Assembly (NCBI GenBank): GCA_030141605.1
Contig: JAQGDQ010000615.1
Location: 62,001 to 126,000 of the forward strand
Reading direction: 5' to 3'
DNA length: 64,000 nucleotides
Source of the DNA: Tubiluchus corallicola
Lineage: Eukaryota; Animalia; Priapulida
Shown here: positions 1 to 27,866 of the stretch, piece by piece
How the letters are laid out: every line of letters starts with the position of its first letter
How positions within the stretch are numbered: position 1 is the first letter of the stretch
Position numbers and translations under genes: made by a program
The notes under the pieces: model-generated
The model's database searches: none
Told to the model about the DNA's origin: nothing
The model's input: only the letters and a program-made list of their open reading frames with translations

Positions 1-778
1 AACTGCTTGTACATGTACTAAGACGCGTTTCCAACTATTGCTCACTTTCCAAACAATAATAATTTTGGTCCCCAATCTCCGAATCCGAATCTCTTAAAAA
101 GTGGTAGCAAAGATAAGAAGAACGATTTATCTTCGTTAATTCGTTTTTCTTTTACCTCTTTTGTGTGTTTAATGGCGCATACAGCACTGTTTTCTTCTTA
201 CATTTAACTATTGCGCTTAAGAAAAAGTTGCGCAATTAAAAATTGCATGTCTGCGCATTCTCATTGAAAAACAGTGCATTACAAAGCAGTTGCGCATCTA
301 AAAGTTTGACCAAATATTGCAAGTTTTAGTTGCATATGTCTGCGCACTCTCATAGAGTTCGGCTCTTTACAGATATTGCAACTCAAAATTGGGACTAACT
401 CTATCCATAAGTTAGCAGTGATTGTAACTGTAACGTTTAATGTGTTAGTCAAATATTATGGGTCAAGTGTCAGAGAGGAGGGTATGCTCTGAAACTCTGA
501 GCATAATTTGGTCTCGTTTTAGTTTTTTGTCGACTCAGTGGGCCTACATAGGTCAGTGAATTTGCTTGGGCCTGAAACTAAAGTTCAGAGAGCAATGCAC
601 GACAATTCCACGTAGTACCGTGCATAAAATTAATAATATTATCTACCTGGTGTGGTAAAATACAGGAGAATTATTGTGAGAAGCTTTAATAATTGGTTTA
701 ATCTAGTTGTTTGTTATTAAACATCATCGTAGATCGTGCATGTTTCACAAGTTTGATTAATTTAATATTTGTTCGCAG

Positions 779-3416
<2,638 letters not shown>

Positions 3417-3859
3417 TTGGTTAATGTTTATGCTTGTTATTGTGTATTTTAGTAACTTGTTAAGTTATATATAGTTTTAATGCATCAAAGACTGTCCAGT
3501 TTAATGATAAGTGATAGTGTAAATGGACAGTTGATATAAATATTAGCCTCAAGACCGGAAAAACGAGAATGTAAAAATGACTGGGCTTAGCCTTGAACCC
3601 CAGGATTTTGAAAGTTGGGATACTCATATCTTGCTTGCTTATCCAGGTTTAGTAATGCAAAGTTTCTCTTGTTAATCTGCATTTTCATTTATGTTTTTTA
3701 TTGGATTTTAATATTTGTAATTCATTAACTATAACCGACTCATCATTAGCTGACGATCCATCATTGTCTGAAGCATCAACGCAATTAGTTTTGCTGTCAG
3801 AAATGAAGTGAAACGCATTGAAACCAAACCAGAGATGTCGAAGCTTTTACCACTTAGCT

Positions 3860-4367
3860 GGCCCTGTGGGTCAACTGACATAGCTCGTGTCATGGCCCTG
3901 TAGGTCAACTGACATTGCTCGTGTCATGGCCCTGTAGGTCAACTGACATTGCTCGTGTCATGGCCCTGTAGGTCAACTGACATAGCTCGTGTCATGGCCC
4001 TGTAGGTCAACTGACTTTGCTCGTGTCATGGCCCTGTAGGTCAACTGACATAGCTCGTGTCATGGCCCTGTAGGTCAACTGACATAGCTCGTGTCATGGC
4101 CCTGTAGGTCAACTGACATAGCTCGTGTCATGGCCCTGTAGGTCAACTGACATAGCTCGTGTCATGGCCCTGTGGGTCAACTGACATAGCTCGTGTCATG
4201 GCCCTGTGGGTCAACTGACATAGCTCATGTCATGGCCCTGTGGGTCAACTGACATAGCTCGTGTCATGGCCCTGTAGGTCAACTGACATAGCTCGTGTCA
4301 TGGCCCTGTAGGTCAACTGACATAGCTCGTGTCATGGCCCTGTAGGTCAACTGACATAGCTCATGTT
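3860..4367. repeat. 34-bp minisatellite, about 15 copies, downstream of the SULT stop
   Basis: Unit ggccctgtaggtcaactgacatagctcgtgtcat with no spacers. Confidence 0.95.
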
Positions 4368-6104
4368 AGAGGGAAAAAGCGACATATCTGTCTGCTTTTA
4401 ATTGGTGTAGCAAGTAAATTTACTGTGATTCGATGATCATAATAAATGTAAAGTGGATGAGGATTTTAAAAATAAACACTTTGTTTACTGCTGTAACTAC
4501 CCTGGTTTAGGCCCCACTTATAGAGTTATTTATGTACGAACCATGTATTTACACTGTTGTTTTATTGAGTAGTTTTAAAACGTATACTTAGAGGCCTATA
4601 AGATATTTTTAAAATGATCATTTGACCTTTATAAGTACAGTTTATATTATCATAACAATCGGCTATTACAAATTAAATCGTTAGTCTATAGCTGATATAG
4701 GCATGTTTAAGAAGAATAAAAAGTTTTTTAGTTTCTTACGTATTGGGAGTTTTTGTGTTTAGTTAACTTGAATAAAATGTGGTACCAATTTTTTATTATT
4801 GCCCCATAATAATCCGAATTAAAGGTTTTGTTTTTCCTTAATGATTGCATTGATTAGTGACAGTAAATTTTACTATTCCGCAAGAAACTAATGGCTTATA
4901 GAACTTAACGCTCAAAAAATAGTTCAAACCCTAGTTGTAAAATCGCCTTATTCAGATTGGCAACGATACTTCCCCCGGAATCCACAAACATGGATTCGTA
5001 CATTCAACCGCCATTACGAACGCAGTACTTAAGCGAATTTAGTCGTGTAATACACGGTTAGAACGCCCGTGAAATTCTCTATCTAACCGTATATAGTTTG
5101 TTAATAGGTAACTTAACGCTCAAAAAATATATGGCTAAAAAAAGTCTACAACTTGATATCGGCAGACAGAACAAAACTGAAATGAACAAGAAACATTTTA
5201 GCTAAAGGCGTATTCACATGTTTACGGAGCATGCCGTCGTTCTATATTATAGCTGCAATTGTAATTATCGTCTGGTTTTCACCACGTATATTTTCAGTTT
5301 TGTTCCGATACACCATGACTTCAGAGCTAAGAGGTTTGTAAGTATTGTAATTAAATTCAACACAGAAAGGCAACGCGGAAAATTGCAAAGCTTTTTTACT
5401 CAATTATAGGCTTGTATAAAAACTGTTAGCATTGCTGCAGGGCATTCTAGTCAGATGACTCTGCAGACTGCTCACTACACGCACACTCAAACACTATCTA
5501 CATAACTAACTGTTATATAAGAACGCGGATATAATGCTTTGATGGTGTTAAACTTTAATTAACTTCTAAGCTAAAGTAAGCTTTTTTTCTAAAACACTTT
5601 TGTACACTACAAAGCTACAATTAACCAGTTAATGGCAGGACCTACCTAAGGAAGGACCGTAATTTAGCTCACTAATTATAAAAGATAATCTTCTCAGATG
5701 CGACACAGTGGCATCTATACATTTGAATGTTCACACATCTTTCCTGCGATAAACGCACACAGTCAGCATAACTATCAGAAGCAAATCTTTCAGCCGTCAC
5801 CCATCCATATAGTGGCTGAGCCCAACTTTGTTTAACTTAATTCAACGATTTTCCTGCAGGTTCGCTGGATTTCCTAGTTTATTTTTTGTTAAAATATATA
5901 TGCTATACAAAAATATTTGTAGAACAATGATAGAAATAGTGAAAGCTCTACAAACTTTAACCTATTAAATATTAACAATAATAGTAATTTATTGTTGTAA
6001 GCTTCCATTGAATACTTACCCATTGGAGTTACAATGCTATGCAGAATGTTGAGAAACTAAAAAATTTTCGCTCGTAAAATTTAAATTGTTACCATCCGTT
6101 TCAA

Positions 6105-9039
6105 TCATAATACCATTGAAAGGACGATTGCTATTATTAAAAATATTGGTAACTTGATAGTTAAAAAGAAAATTAAAATCAGGAATAAACGGAATTTTAA
6201 CTTGAATTCATTTCTGGAGGATTTGCAAAATAAGATCCACCCTGTTGACTTTTCCGAAGTGCCATCTAATTCTGTCTTCTGTACCTTTTTCCAAATATAT
6301 GAAGAAGTTCTTAATAAACATGCCCCACTTAAGACATTGTCAAGAACTGAAAAAGTAACTTTCTCCAAGCCATGGATAACTAAAGGTATTCTTGTGTCTA
6401 TAAAAACTAAAAGTAGATTATACAAGGACTGTAAGACTACAACTAGTATCTTAAAAATTAATCAATATAAACAATTTTCTTATAAACTTAATAATCTCAT
6501 AAATGTAGCCAAAAGAAATTATTATTGTACTTTACTACATGATAATAAAACTATTATTAGAAAGACTTGGGCAACATTGAATGATTTGATCAATGGACAA
6601 AACAAGCAGCGCATAACTCATAATAAATCATCATGAGATTACGGAACCCCCTGCTATCTGTGAATTCATGAATAATTATTTTGCATCTGTTGGTTCTGAT
6701 ATGGCAAAAAAGTACCACCTACTCCAATAACATTTGATTCTTTCCTTAGAATGCCTAATCAGAATTCCTTCTTTCTTACGTCAATTATCGAATACGAAGT
6801 TTCTTCTGCTATTGCTGCATTAAAAACCAATAAATCAGCAAGACCCGCAAACATCTCGAATCAGTTTTTTAAAATTTCACAGTCCATTATTACTCCATTA
6901 TTAACTATGCTGTTCAATAAATGTGTAGAAGAGGGTATCTATCCTGACGTGTTGAAAATTGCAAAAATAATCCCGATTTACAAATCTGATTCCCCCATTA
7001 ATCCCACTAATTATAGGCCAATATCTCTCTTATCTCCCATATCAAAGATTTTTGAAAAATTAATTTACTCTAGGCTAGCTAAATTTCTTTTAAAAGAACA
7101 AATTTTAACTAAATTCCAATTTGGATTCAGAAAATATCATTCTACATCTTTAGTTGTGTCAGAAATAATTGAAAACTTTTTAGCCAATACTGATAAGGGA
7201 AAAACCACTTGTGCTATATTTTTAGATTTATCGAAAGCATTCGACACGGTACAACATGACATATTGTTATATAAGTTATCCCTCATTGGGCGTCCTCTTG
7301 CACTTTTCACGTCTTACCTTACTAATAGGAAACAGTTTACGTCTATTGACTCATCAGAGTTTAAACTTGCTAATATAACCTGTGGTGTCCAACAGGGTTC
7401 TACATTGGGTCCATTGTTATTTTTTTTATATATAAATGATCTGCCATCTTGTTCGCAATTTAATACCAGATTGTTAGCAGACGATACAAACCTATTTTTA
7501 TCACACCAAAATGTCAAAACAATAGAACATTCAGTAAATGTGGAACTGGACAATATTAATAAATGGATGCAAGCAAATAAGCTATCGATAAATTATAAAA
7601 AAACAAAATATATGTTAATTGGAAACAAGCAACATAACAATAGTTTAAACATAAACATGGGAGGTTGTAATTTTCAATCTACCCAAAAATCAAATATCTC
7701 GGTATATTTATAGATAGTAGAATTACTTGGAAAACACATGTACAGCATATAGTCAACAAAATAAGTAAATTAAGTGGTGTATTAGCTAGAATACGACACT
7801 ACATAAATGTAAATGCTCTTATGTTCAAGAGCTGTAATTACGGCTCTTATATTCTTCTCTTGTCACGCCATATCTGAGTTATGGCATTCTCTCCTGGGGT
7901 AGTGCTTCAGTATCGGTCTTAAAATCATTGGTTTCTAAACAAAACAAGATTATCAAACTTATAATATTTACCAGTAAAAAGAGGACATGGCACCTTTGTA
8001 TTTGCAATTAAATCTACTAAAAGTACATGATCTGTATAAATTAGAATTGCTCAAGTTTGTTTATATATATATTCAAAAATAATTCACTCCCGGATCTCTT
8101 CAGCAATTATTATACTTCAGCATGTCACATGCATCACCACTCTACTAGGTTTGCTACCACCCAATCTTATTTTATTGAAAGATTTAATTCATCTAAAGGC
8201 CAAAATTCTTTAAAACACCAAGGATCTTTCCTGTGGAATTCATTATCGGATCAATTAAAGTCAAGTAACTACAAAAAGTTAATTCTAAACTATAAAAAAC
8301 AACTTATTGCAGGATACAAATGAATGAGAATTTTACTTATGTACTTGTAATACTATACATATTTTTTTCATTGTTACGACGCTTTAAGTTTTTGTTTAAG
8401 TTTTTGCTACATTTTGATTTCATTTTGTCTGATTTACAGTTGATTTAGTTTTTCGATGGTTTAATTTATTATATTTTCTTTCTCGACAGCTTCAGTCATT
8501 GATGTTATTATTACAACATTTCAGTTTTGCTTTTTCTTATTTGCTTCTGTTTTTTTGTTTTGTTTTGTATGATTTATATTTACCTTATTTTTCCTTGGTT
8601 TAATTTATTATATTCTTTTTCTCGACATCTTTGGTTGATCATTCTACAGTTTTTTGTTTTTTCGTCGGATTTTGAAGTTAATGCTCAAATTATGCATTTT
8701 CTGTTATGTTGAAATTTTAAGTTATTTTTTTATTTTGTTTGCTTCACATGATTCACAGTATTTTAGAATTGTAAATTTTTGGTTATTTAAATTATAATGT
8801 TCTACAGTATTGCGTTTCCCATCAGTTAATTGCCAATTACACACGTCAACCGAATACAAATTTAAATTGAGATCGGTGCCAAAATTAATTTTATTTAATC
8901 CTAGCTATTTAAGGGTGGGTGACTAGATAACTTACGAGTTCTTCGCTGCCCTTCTCCTTTGTTACGTAATATTGCATGTATTCCCGATACTGTATTTTGA
9001 TCATTCTTGCGGAGTTAATAAATAAATTGAATTGAATTG
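6105..9039 (+). mobile_element. 5'-truncated, frameshifted non-LTR retrotransposon (CR1/L2 group, Crack/Daphne-like ORF2) with long 3' UTR
   Basis: ORF pieces 6154-6636, 6751-7713, 8057-8323 carry KPWIT, YRPISLL, QFGFR, FLDLSKAFDTV, GVxQGSTLGPLLF and LADD reverse-transcriptase motifs; ends in AATAAA plus (ATTGA)n at about 9020-9039. The 5' boundary is approximate. Confidence 0.9.
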
Positions 9040-9184
9040 TAGATAATTGTTCACATAGCTGATGCTGATAAGTAACGAATTTTTCCATAGATCATCTGAT
9101 CTAGTTTTATAAAATAGATCGATCATTAGTTTGTTTATGGTTTATGATGCTAAACCATTTATAGTGTCGTAGGAATAACTGTGA

Positions 9185-9290
9185 GGAAGCAGGTTGGTTT
9201 TCCAAGCAGGGAAGTTGATGGTTCAATTTCATGGTCGAGTAACAACAAAGATTTGAAAAATCGTACCGCTGGTACTTCGTCCAAACACAC
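9185..9290 (+). mobile_element. Degenerate tRNA-derived SINE fragment
   Basis: B-box-like ggttcaatttc followed by ggtcgagtaacaacaaagatttgaaaaatcgtacc, resembling invertebrate SINE2 bodies as recalled; not searched. Confidence 0.35.
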
Positions 9291-9947
9291 GTGGCTTAAT
9301 CAGAGTAACATGCAGTCAGATAATAATAATCACGTCATGTAGATTGAGATTGTTAATCCCAGCGAAAAGCTTTGAAGCTTACGTTAATTACTGATATCTA
9401 CACCGACTTTAAAAAAAGATTATTTCTTCTTATCAACAACAACACGGCGTTTCATTTAGCCTTTTTTTCGGTTCAATTCTTTGACTCAAGCAACGTCATT
9501 ACTTGTTAAAATTTCCTCGTTTAATCTTTCTTTTGTTTACTAGACGGTGCAAGATTTACATTTAAAAAATAGTGCGTTTTACATATTTTGAAAAACGACG
9601 TAAACAAAATAGCAAAATGGAATTTTACAGACGCTTTTACGCGTAGTTCTAAACTTTTTTTATGTTCAACAATAAATCACCTGCTGACAAAAGACGACAC
9701 GTAGGATGACACTCGTTTTGCATCAGAGAAGGAACCAGAATCTAATTACCAGCGGAACAAGGTCACTAGAGCTAGAGCAAGGTACATGTAAAGTGTTTTT
9801 AATGATATGCAGTCAGTACCTCAAAAGCTGCCGTCCAGAAAGGTGAACTAACGCTGTGCAATTTGCCTGAAACTATAGCTTCTGATAACCACGAATCAGC
9901 AGGTTGCTCGAAGCATAAACTCACATTACACACTAGTCTGGTACAAC

Positions 9948-21826
<11,879 letters not shown>

Positions 21827-24597
21827 GAACTAAGCAATCAACAGAAAAATGGCGAGAACAGTTTCTGAGGGATTCCACAGATGATTTTAAAACATTCAAA
21901 CTTTGTATTGGTGCTATGTGAATCAGAAATCGTTTTTAAAAATGCAGCTGGCGACTTTGATAATTGAATCCGAGTGAACTAAAAGAAGCCAGCTGAAGCA
22001 TGTTCAACCGACTTCTCTTAACAATTATTATTTTTTCCCGCAAAGACACAAACCGGTTAGTTATATCACGTATGATGTTACTAGTGTAATTATTCTGTCT
22101 TAGGACAGGTTTACGCTTTTTGTCAGCGCTTAAGATTAAGTGAACAAGACAGTTTTTAACTTCAGATTGTAAAATAGTTGTCTGGCACAGAAAAGTTTAG
22201 ATTTTCACAGCAAATTACCGACAGGTACTTGATGTACTGCTAACAAAAGCAAGTCGAGCAATGCTTGTTGCAGTTTACTGGGGTGACGCAGCTGCTTGAC
22301 AACGATAACATAATAGTAAGCAGTTCATCCAGTAGATAGCAGCACGTGATGCATGGCACCGCATTAAATTTTCAAACAAACATTCACAGTGTATCATAGT
22401 ACAGTTACATTTAAAAGACTACATTGTTATTGTTGTAGTTATGTTTTGTACTTAAAATTATTCAAAAGTTGGCCTAAATACTCTGGTTATTAATTCGAGT
22501 TTTTGCAGTTTTAGCACAATTATTATTTTACAAAATTTATGAATTTACAAGGTCTAATCGTACCATACAAAAGCATTAACAAGATTATATCAAGGAATGA
22601 TGACTTAAACTTACTACCAGTTTTATAATCTTAACTGTAAGTGTAAACTAACAAAATTTTCGAGCAAGAGGTCTAGTCTCGTTACTTTCCTTGCTTGTTT
22701 TTTTCCCAATAATGAACTGGTGTGATGAAATTTTTTATGTGAAAACCTTTCTTACTGATTTGGGAATAATGTTTGCTAACGCCATGCTAACATCATGGGG
22801 AGAATCGCATTCTGACATTCACAGCTGGTGTAATAATTTATTATGATTTTAGTCTATGTAATCCCGAAACCACAGATGCACAGTTAACAACATTATTGAT
22901 GTACTTTGTTGAGGTAAACTGACGATTATTGTCGTTTCATAAAATATTATAGTGATCAGCAAACTAATCCCTTGATAATTAAATGAATCATTGTATTGTT
23001 CATGTGGATGGCCTCATGTTTAAACACTGTCAATGTATGATAATTATGTATTATTGCGTGTTATTTGTTTATTGTTTTTTTATATTTGACTACTATTCGG
23101 GAATATAGCGTAACATATTATAACAGTGAAATGAGTTTGAAAGTTACACCTTGTAAATAGTATTATAAAATGGCCTCAATTTTTGTATATGTTACTTACA
23201 CGGTTTCACGTGACACCTGCTATTTATGAAATATAACAGGCAGTAGTAGTAACAGTAGTAATGATTTTGTCTTAAACTAGAATACAGTAAAATAATAATT
23301 TTCTTGGTAATTGTTAAAGTTACATTTCTTAAAGACAAATGCATCCCGCAAGGTGTTTGCATTCTAGGTTGTTTGATTGTCGTGTGATTGATGTAATAAT
23401 AATTAATCTGATAATCTGTCCTACACTATTTTTGAGTGAGCTATAAAAGCTTTATATTATTAGGAAAGCTGGTAGAACTTGTACTAATTTTGATTTTTAA
23501 TGGCCTCAGTCGATAATGTCTTATTTTAAAGCTGTTTATTTATTGTTTAGTCTTTTACTGTCTATGTATCTATTTTAGTGTTCAATATAAGTCAGTCTAG
23601 TGTTAATATCACAAAATATGTGCCTCGATAAAATAAATTATTTATACTGTACTGCTTTTGAAGGTGTTTTTTGTATGCTGTACATGTACTGAAAAGCCAG
23701 GTTGACATATTTGGAACTACAGCACATTTGGAGGAAAATTGAAACAGAGAAAGACAGACAGATTTGTAGGACGTAGGTATTTTTAAACATCAATTTTATT
23801 GCAGTTTGCCAATTTACACAGCAGCATACCAGACAGACTAACAAAATTCTATTAGTAAAATTCCATACAATGTGAATAGATGGCACATTATTATTGGTAT
23901 ACATGCAACCAGGAAAATATTTATAGCACCATGCAACTTGTTAGCTGGAATATAACATGTGATGGTTTGATAACAACAAACTTTTAATGTTCGATGTTCG
24001 TGGCAGAATTGGAGCCTATTTCTATATCGAATTCAATTGTGCTATTTTAATGAAATACAATGAACTGAGAGATTTGTCCCACCTGCGTTCGGATGCCTAT
24101 AATAATCATCTTCACGAAAATTTAGTGAAAAATATAGCTGGAGTGAAGGCAGTACTCCCAAGACAGGTAAACACAGCAGTAATCCAGTAAAAAATTAAAC
24201 ACTACTATACCCTCTGTTATTTTTAAAGTTTACCTACCCAATGTCTGCAATAGATGCAATGGGCATATGATAATGATGAAGGCACGCAAAGCTGTACAGG
24301 GCAGTTCTCCTGGTGGCAAAGATATTTGTTGCTGTTTATTGTTTAACTATCAAAATCAAATACAAGCCAATAACCACTCAACTAGTCATCTCTCCCCACA
24401 AAACAGTGCTAAATTAAATACAACATAAGCATATGTCAGTTAATTGTTCATGCAATTAGTACAATAGTATTAATATTAAAAACTATTTTATTAAACGATG
24501 ATTGATTTTTTTAATTCAAAATCTACATAATTTCCCAGATGCTTCAACCATCAAAAATTATGGCGAATTGTAAATAAATTCATAATTGTGGTTAAGT

Positions 24598-25370
24598 ACC
24601 TTAAATAGGGCCTCTTAAAACTGAATGATATCTACAAACTCGAGCTTGCAAAATTAGTATACAAATTTAAGAATAACTTACTATCAGAATTGTTTCTAAA
24701 TTACTATACGCCAGCATCTGACATTCACAGTTACAACACTAGGTTCTACTAGCAGTTCTTTCTTCATCGAACGATTTAGTACATCTAAGGGTCAAAGGTC
24801 ATTAAAAAGTCAGGGATCAGTATTATGGAACTCCCTACCTGCACATATAACTCCTTTACCTCTGCATTCACTAAATAAACAGTACGCTAAGGCACTTCTT
24901 GAATCTTACGTGTAAATCTATTTTTTGTCTATTAGATGTACATTCTTGTGGTAATTTTTGCTGAAAAGCAATTTTTTTATAAAGTGCAAACTCACTTTCT
25001 ATAATGAACATGCTTCTTATATTACAGCCAACACTGTCAGCAAAATGGACATAATGATTTCACTCAGAAACAATTTGTGAGGTATTTTTAATGAGTTGCT
25101 TAGTAGTTCATACATTTGTCATGGTTTTTGATTTTTGTTTTTTTGCTGTTGTTGTATTTTTGTTTTTGCATTTCTGCACGTTTATGTATTTTTTAATATA
25201 GTTGTGTCTGCTATCATTAGCGTCTTTTTGTTTCTGTCTTTTGAGAAGGGTGGTTGACTCGATAACCTTTGGGTTTTTGTCACCCTTTCTCCCATGTTCG
25301 TTTGTAAATATGTGTATTTTATTGTCAAATCATTGTAATTTATGGAGGAAAATAAATTACTATATATTAC
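24598..25370 (+). mobile_element. 3' fragment of a related CR1/L2-type LINE
   Basis: Translates to LKLNDIYKLELAKLVYKFKNN...HSYNTR...FIERFSTSKGQRSLKSQGSVLWNSL, homologous to 8020-8323; shares the 3' UTR motif aagggtgg.tgact.gataac and ends AATAAA plus a short repeat tail. Confidence 0.85.
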
Positions 25371-25534
25371 CTGATTAAATGTTTATTAATGACAAGTTTA
25401 TTTTAGATATTTTTGCAAGTGGCTGTTTAGCAAGCATGTTTCCTTTTCACATTTGTTCAAATCCAAAATGTCAATAGATCTTCCTGACGTGTCGTACGCC
25501 TTGGACCCACAGATAATTGTTGCGAAATACGCAG

Positions 25535-25894
25535 AAGGGTTGAGCATCGGATGTTCGGATCGAATTCGATTCGAACGCGTTTTTTAGTTCGAATTCGATG
25601 TGAACCTAAAATTATAGATTCGAATAATTCAGCCCTTCGGCCACATGTACTTTATCATTTAAATGTTTGAAACAACATTCAAATAGCTCAATTTTACTGC
25701 AATTTCTGTACAAAATTTTTAATAAACTAATAGTAGAACAAAATCAAGTACTATGATCTTTTTAAGACCTTTTTTTACTAGTGGTTCAAAAATCTTTCAA
25801 ATTCAATTCGAAATACTGAAAGTCGGTTCGATTCGAATTCGAAAGCCACATATTCGATTCGAATTCGCATTGTGGTAGAGGATGCTCACCCCTA
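25535..25894. mobile_element. hAT-like MITE
   Basis: TIR agggttgagcatc / gatgctcacccct, 8-bp TSD atacgcag at 25527-25534 and 25895-25902, repeated subterminal ttcgaattcga motifs. Confidence 0.85.
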
Positions 25895-27866
25895 ATACGC
25901 AGTAATGTCAGAGCACTGGTATCAAATCTATGCTTAGACCCTTGGCATGGCTCGAAAACATCGAACAGAATTTTCGAAGATTTCTGGTATTGTTTGAGTG
26001 CAATGTTGCTAAAGCTGGCATAATAAGGAGTATAATTCGCTGGAGATAGTTAATTTTAAAACACGCTAAATGTCGCAGAGTGCCATGAATTTTCTACCTC
26101 TTAAGACAACGTCGACATTACTAACACACGTAGTTTTAACCTTTATTGTATTTCTTCGTGACCGAGCCTTACGTCACTATGTGGCACTGCACATTTTTAA
26201 GATGATCTACGAGTACGACTTCTACCTGATCTTTGCGCTTTATAGTTGAGTATCGGCCTTTCTGCTGCTTGTTACATTTTTTCAACGTATGCTTCGTTTA
26301 AGTTTATCACCATCCATGTTTTTGGCAATGAATATCAACTTGTAAAATTGTGTCTGCTTTCCATTGGGTTTTAGTTTGCCCGTAAGTATAAGCTTAGATT
26401 TAACACTGTATGTTGCCAAATGCATTAACAATTGTATGCCCACGTCTTTGAATGTTATTATATTAGTTTGTCTGTTGCAAATGACTTGATGTCAAGTTTT
26501 GTAACTAGCTTCACAAGAATTTGTTTTATGAATTGTTTATTATATCGTTTTGTTGTTACGTATCGTTTGTATTCTTGTATAATTTCTATTCTTTCTTATT
26601 TTCACTGTGTGTATGTTTGTATGTAGTGCATGCAGGGGCATATTAGCCAATAGGCTAACTAGGCTATAGCCTGGTGTACCAAAGTTTGATGGCGCTCAAT
26701 TTTAAAAAAGATTATTATTCTCGGAAAATGTGCACCCGTTCATATTCATGTTAAACAAGCATTGTATAACACACCACAGGCAGTTACTGAGACCAGTTGC
26801 TATATAAGTGGCATATAATCAACAAGTACAAGGTACTACACAACAATCAGTTGTCCAGCCTGCTTATATATATAAGTGCAGTTCATATACACGTGATTAT
26901 AATGACAATGTAGAAACTAGGTTAATAGTATTACTAATACACCACAAGTAATTGTTTAATCCATTCAGTACGTAACCAATCATAAATTCACAATACAGAT
27001 CTATCAGCTTAGGACGTCGTGAAGTCTTAATACTCCCGAGTATATGAATAAAATTAATATTTAATAGTATTAATAATAATGAAATGTAGGATTTTGAGTT
27101 ATAATTTCCAGTTCTAAGCATCAGATATGGCTTACGTAAGGAATGCTAAAGTCTAATCATGTGGAAATTTGAGGTATCTACAAACAGTTTTTTAACTCGT
27201 TGAGCCTACACAGCTGGAGAATATACAAACATTTACAAAGTGGCTACTTAGTTACTAGGTCTTTATTTACATACGTATCACAGATTGGTAAAAAATATGC
27301 TTGATTTTAAACAGACAGATACAGATAGAACCTGTTCTTAACATTCAAAACAACAGCTCTTCTGTGCTTGCTAACAAATTATGAGTGCCATCTAATGCGA
27401 GCACTGTAGTGTCTGCTTCTTTTGAAACACTAGTGGTATAGTTGTGTTGAAAAGAAAAATTCGTAATTTCCTTTATAATCACGGTGAAATTTTCTAGGAT
27501 ACACTTCCAGTCAAATTACGCAGTTCTAACAATGAGTGCTATAGATTAATTTTGGTCCATGTACAGAATGAATGTAATTCTTGTGGTAAGAATAAAAAGA
27601 AATTCAAATCAATCTAGATACACATGTGTATATGTTAAGTAAAAGCATTTAAAGGATAGTAAGATATTGAATCGATATTGATGGCACTGTGCCAATGCTG
27701 TTCAATTCATCTGTTGGGCAGCATGGCACTGACAGCATTTGTTTTAAAATGTGAAGATGGTTAAAGTTGTTCTGTAATAATCTGAAACATAATACTAATG
27801 TTTTTAATTGCTTTTCAGGGCGAATGCAATAGAATTCAAGTTTTTTTAAAGTGTTCCACATGTGTC

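Noticed and set aside
3860-4367. Repeat arrays of 31-34 bp (also 29607-29951, 53612-54010) as CRISPR arrays
   Set aside because: Units are contiguous with no unique spacers, there are no cas genes, and the context is eukaryotic.
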